DNA of 54,291 nucleotides, the filler included, from Thelocarpon superellum (taxonomy: Eukaryota): NCBI GenBank assembly GCA_026025795.1. It is 2 parts of 2 records of this genome, joined end to end, with 100 filler letters (N's around TTAATTAATTAA, not from the genome) between each part and the next. Parts side by side here need not be neighbours in the genome. Positions count along the whole stretch, not along the records: positions 27,214 to 54,291 come from JAPEUG010000252.1; 1 more part is not named here. One strand, given 5' to 3'. The notes below the pieces were generated by a model. The model searched no databases. It worked only from the letters and a program-made list of their open reading frames with translations, and was not told the origin of the DNA. This document shows, one piece after another, positions 49,348 through 54,291 of this stretch (its first letter is position 1; the number at the start of each line of letters is the position of its first letter). The translations under genes were made by a program, and so were the position numbers.

Positions 49348-52300
49348 ATGACCGTGAGTCTGCTCGAAATGTGTCTACCCAGCCAAATGCAATGGCCACT
49401 CCTAGGGCGGGGCTGGGCCGTGCCCGCTGTCGAATCTATTGTGCCCAACCTGTTCTCTCCCTCACTCGTTCTATGCCGCGTCTGCCAGACAAAGGCTTAC
49501 CACGAGACATGCAGGACTCCAAGATGCATGTCGACGCCCATGCCGACCAAGGGAGCAATGGGAATATCGACGAATCCTTGTACAGCCGGCAACTGTACGT
49601 TCCTCCCACTCAATCCGCACCCTGCGCATACTCACTACGACGACAGATATGTCCTGGGTCATGAGGCCATGAAGCGCATGGGCGCCTCCGACGTCCTCAT
49701 CATCGGACTCAAGGGCCTGGGGGTGGAGATCGCCAAGAACATCGCCCTGGCCGGGGTCAAATCGCTGACGCTGTATGATCCGGCACCGGTGGCCATCTCC
49801 GACCTCTCGTCGCAGTTCTTCCTCCGCTATGCCGACCTGGGCAAGCCACGCGCTACGGTGACGGCCCCCCGCGTCGCCGAGCTGAACGCCTATACGCCCG
49901 TGAGGGTCTTTCCCGCACAGGAATTGACGGCCAACTTTGAATATCTCAATCATTACCAGGTCATCGTCCTCACCAATACCTCGCTCAAAGATCAGCTGGC
50001 TATCGCCGAATACTGTCACCAGCAGGGCATCTACGTCGTCATCGCCGACACCTTTGGCCTCTTTGGCTGCATCTTCACCGACTTTGGCAAGAAGTTCACC
50101 GTGGTCGACAGCACCGGAGAAGATCCGGTGACGGGCATCGTGGCCGACATCGATGCCGAGGGCTTGGTGGCGGCACTCGACGAGACTCGACACGGTCTCG
50201 AAGACGGGGACTACGTGACCTTCTCCGAGGTCGAGGGCATGGAAGCTCTGAACAATGCCGCACCACGGAAAGTATCCGTCAAAGGTCGGTCAAGCACAAG
50301 CGGCGCCCACGAGGATAGGCGCTAACACGTCCAGGTCCCTACACGTTCTCTATTGGTGGCGTCTCGGGTCTGGGCGAATATAAGCGCGGTGGTCTCTTCA
50401 CCCAAGCCAAGATGCCCCAATTCATCGACTTTGAGCCCTTGGCGTTGCAGTTGGCAAAGCCGACCCAGATGATCTCGGACTTTGCCAAGTTTGATCGACC
50501 CCAGCAGCTCCACATCGGATTCCAAGCCTTGCACAAGTATGCGGCCCTGCACGAAGGCGTACTCCCACGCCCATGCCACGAGGGAGATGCGGAGGAGGTG
50601 CTCAAGTATGCCCGCGAGATGGCCAAGGTCGCATTGGAGCCGGTGACCGTCGACGAGAAGATTGTGCGCGAGTTGAGCTATCAGGCGCGGGGTGACCTCA
50701 GCCCCATGGCCGCCTTCTTCGGCGGATTGGCGGCGCAAGAGGTGCTCAAAGCCGTGTCCGGCAAATTCCACCCGATTGTGCAGTGGATGTACTTTGACGC
50801 GCTCGAGGCACTCCCCACGAACAGCGCCCGTTCGGAAGAACTGTGTCGGCCCCTAAATACGCGCTACGATGGTCAAATCGCCGTCTTCGGGCGGGAATTC
50901 CAGGAGAAGCTGGCCAGCGTGAACGAATTCCTGGTCGGGGCCGGGGCCATCGGGTGCGAGATGCTGAAAAGCTGGGCCATGGCCGGGCTGGGGGTCGGAC
51001 CCAAAGGCAAGATCACCGTGACCGACATGGATGCCATCGAGAAGAGCAACCTGAATCGGCAGTTCCTCTTCCGTCCGCGCGACGTCGGCAAGCTGAAGAG
51101 CGACTGCGCGGGCGAGGCGGTGCAGGCGATGAATCCTGACCTCAGAGGCAAGATCGTCACGCTACGCGACGAGGTGGGTGAGGAGACGGAGCATGTCTTC
51201 AACGAGGACTTCTGGGCCACACTCGACGGCGTGACCAACGCTCTCGACAACGTGAAGGCGCGCACCTACGTAGACCGGCGCTGTGTCTTCTTTAACAAGC
51301 CGCTGCTGGAGAGCGGCACGCTCGGGACCAAGGGCAACACCCAGGTCATCCTGCCCCGTCTGACCGAGTCCTACTCCAGCTCCCAGGACCCGCCCGAGCG
51401 CTCCTTCCCCGCGTGCACCTTGCACAATTTTCCCAACAAGATTGAACACACTATCGCCTGGGCGCGCGATCAGTTCGCCGCCTACTTTGCGCAACAACCG
51501 GAGACGGTGAATCTCTACCTCACCCAGCCCAATTACATCGAACAGACGTTGAAGCAGTCGGGCAATGAGAAGGCGACGCTCGAGAGCATCCGTGACTACC
51601 TGGTGACGGAGAAGCCGTTGACCTTTGACGACTGCATCGTCTGGGCCCGACATCAATTCGAGTCGCATTTCAACAACAAGATCCAGCAGCTGCTGTTCAA
51701 CTTTCCCAAGGACTCGACCACGTCGAGCGGCGCAGCCTTCTGGTCGGGGGCCAAGCGGGCGCCGACGCCGCTCAAATTCAACGCGGCGGACGAGACACAC
51801 CTGGGCTACGTGGTGGCGGCGGCGAACCTGCACGCCTTCAACTACGGCATCAACAGCAAGGGCGTGTCGACGGAGCAGTTCCAGAAGGTGCTGAAGGGCA
51901 TGATAATCCCCGAGTTCTCGCCCAATCCCGCGGTGAAGATCCAGGCCAACGAGAACGAGCCGGATCCGAACGCGCAGCAGGGATCGGGCTTCAGCGACCA
52001 GGAAGAGCTGCAGAAGGTGGTGGCCAGCCTGCCGGCGCCGGCGTCGCTGGCCGGCTTCCGCCTGGTGCCGGTGGAGTTTGAGAAGGACGACGACACGAAC
52101 CATCACATCGACTTCATCACGGCGGCAAGCAATCTGCGGGCGGAGAACTACGGCATCCCCGTGGCCGATCGGCACCGGACCAAGTTCATCGCGGGCAAGA
52201 TCATCCCGGCCATCGCGACGACGACGGCGCTGGTGACGGGGCTCGTCGTGCTGGAGCTCTACAAGATCGTGGACGGGAAGGACGACCTCGAGCAGTTCAA

Positions 52301-52760
52301 GAACGGCTTTGTCAATCTCGCCCTGCCCTTCTTCGGCTTCAGCGAGCCCATCGCGAGCCCCAAGGGCACGTATCTGGGCAAGCACGGCGAGGTGACGGTC
52401 GACAAGCTGTGGGACCGCTTCGAGCTGCCCGACATGCCGCTGAAGGACTTCTTGAAGGAATTCGAGGACAAGGGCCTGAACATCACCATGGTCAGCTCGG
52501 GCGTCAGCCTGCTCTACGCCAGCTTCTCAGCGCCTAGCAAGCGAAAGGAGCGGCTACCGTTGATGTATGTCTTCTCCACTCCCCCTCCCGAGCGACGGAC
52601 CGGAGACTGATCGTATGGTAGGATGAGCGAGCTAGTGGCGACGGTGAGCCGCAAGCCGATCCCGGCGCACCAGAAGAACGTCATCTTCGAGGTGACGGCG
52701 GAAGATCAGACGGAGGAGGACGTAGAGATTCCCTACGTGATGGTCAAGTTGAACAAGTAA
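49348..52760 (+). CDS. UBA1: Ubiquitin-activating enzyme E1
   Basis: [59 protein letters not shown], catalytic [31 protein letters not shown]. Four introns; stop at 52760. Confidence 0.98.
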
Positions 52761-53394
52761 ACGGGAGGATGGAGTTGGGGATAGCCCATCTAGGCCTTGG
52801 CATCACGGTTCGGAAGAGTTAGAGAAGCCATATGCGTTCGCCCCGCACAGCGTCGCGAAGAGAATGCAAACATGAATGAAGGTCTGGGTCGCTGCTTTGA
52901 GAGGTGATGCCGGGCAGGGGCGGGGGAGAGGGTTACTATGCCAGGAGGATGCCCACGATGGTGCAGACGTCTACAACAGACAGCCAATGATAGGAGTCAT
53001 TGGCCTTTGCTGATCTCTGCATGACGGATGAGGGAAGTGTTGGTGGGTGATCCGAGCTCGGCGCCGAGCATCTGAGGTGTCGGGGCCGGTGACAAACCTT
53101 CGTGGCGATGTGGCCGATGGCTTGGTCAGGCTTTACTCACACAAGCGTAAGCGGGCGATGGGGAGCTTCCGGTAAGCCACCGGGGCGACGTAAGGTTTAC
53201 GCTCCCGCCTCCAGATTGTCCAGGGGATCTCCCGACGGAACGGGTATAATACCCCTCAAGCTACCCCTCCCGCTCCCAATGATCTCAGCGAGGAACCCCC
53301 CCGCCTTGGTTGAATGAACACCTTGAAGACTCTTTGGGTCAGAACCGAGCTCCGAAGACGCCATACGAGATCAATTCATCCTCGAGTGGCAAAG

Positions 53395-54291
53395 ATGTCG
53401 GTACGTCATGATGCTGCAATATGCATCAAGGTTGCCTTTCCCTCCCAGCAAATACCGCTGACCTTGTCGCCCAGACCGGTCACACGGAAAAGATCACCAA
53501 CTGGGTGGACCCCAAGGATACCAGCGGTGAATTCAAGCGGGGCCAATCCTCGTTCCGCAGCTTCATCTCCAACGAAGCTGGTGCGGAGTTCCCAGCGGAG
53601 AAAGGCCGATACCACCTCTATGTGTCCTACGCATGTCCCTGGGGTATGTTATGGGGGAGGAGCAAGGTCCGCTCAGCTCACACACGCCCTGGCTGACACC
53701 CACGATAGCACACCGCACGCTCATTGTACGTAAGCTCAAGGGGCTCGAGGAGATCATCCCCTACACGTCAGTGCACTGGCACATGCTAGACCAAGGTGCG
53801 CCAGGCCCCTCCGATCTCTCCGCGTCCGCGCTGGCACTGGAAATGAGCCCACCTAAGTTTGCGCAAGGCTGGCGCTTCGCGACTGCGGATGAGAAGCTCC
53901 CAGGCGACAATGTCACGCCGGATCCGCTGCATTCCGACTTCACCCATCTCCGCCAGATCTACTTCAAGGTCGACCCGGAGTACAAGGGCCGCTTCACCGT
54001 GCCAACGCTGTATGACAAGAAGACAGGCCGTATCGTGAACAACGAGAGTAGCGAGATCATCCGCATGATGTATCATGAGTTCGACCATCTCCTCCCAGCC
54101 AAATATCAACAAGTCGACCTCTTTCCCGAGCACCTCCGGAAAGACATTGAGGAGACGAATGACTGGACCTACAATGATATCAACAACGGGGTGTAGTGCG
54201 TGCTACTTATACTCAATGTCCACAGTCAGCATTGTGTACTGACGTTTCACAGCAAAGCCGGATTCGCATCGTATTTTCCCCCTTCCCCCTT
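53395..54291 (+). CDS. ECM4: Omega-like GST / glutathionyl-hydroquinone reductase (ECM4/Gto family), 3' partial
   Basis: [67 protein letters not shown]. Multiple introns. Confidence 0.93.

Noticed and set aside
51162..52385. Long antisense ORFs over UBA1 (also over CDC20 and CHO2)
   Set aside because: Shadow ORFs caused by GC-biased codon usage on the coding strand.

Overview
GC-rich, intron-containing DNA from a filamentous ascomycete (Pezizomycotina-type genes). The window is two pieces joined at 27114-27213 by an artificial N44-TTAATTAATTAA-N44 spacer, so adjacency across that point is not evidence. Left piece: TFIIA large subunit (partial), CDC20, Kelch-BTB (ral2-like), a 5.6 kb gene-free stretch, laeA, a Trk K+ transporter, decayed gene fragments, a DUF1479 oxygenase, NOC2, VPS28, an EFM2-like methyltransferase and a truncated hypothetical gene. 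Right piece: a membrane protein, ARC1, a large low-complexity protein, an 'allergen'/DPR-repeat protein, a small secreted Cys-rich protein, a TA-flanked MITE, CHO2, NBP35, GCP4, UBA1 and an omega-class GST (partial). Most notable: (1) a ubiquitin-fold-like reading frame, absent from the ORF track, lying head-to-head with the E1 gene UBA1; (2) a divergent gene pair sharing an ungapped 55-aa domain; (3) a 782-bp MITE with a CpG-depleted core upstream of an effector-like gene. Gene identities come from recalled motifs and hand-spliced exons; no database search was run.
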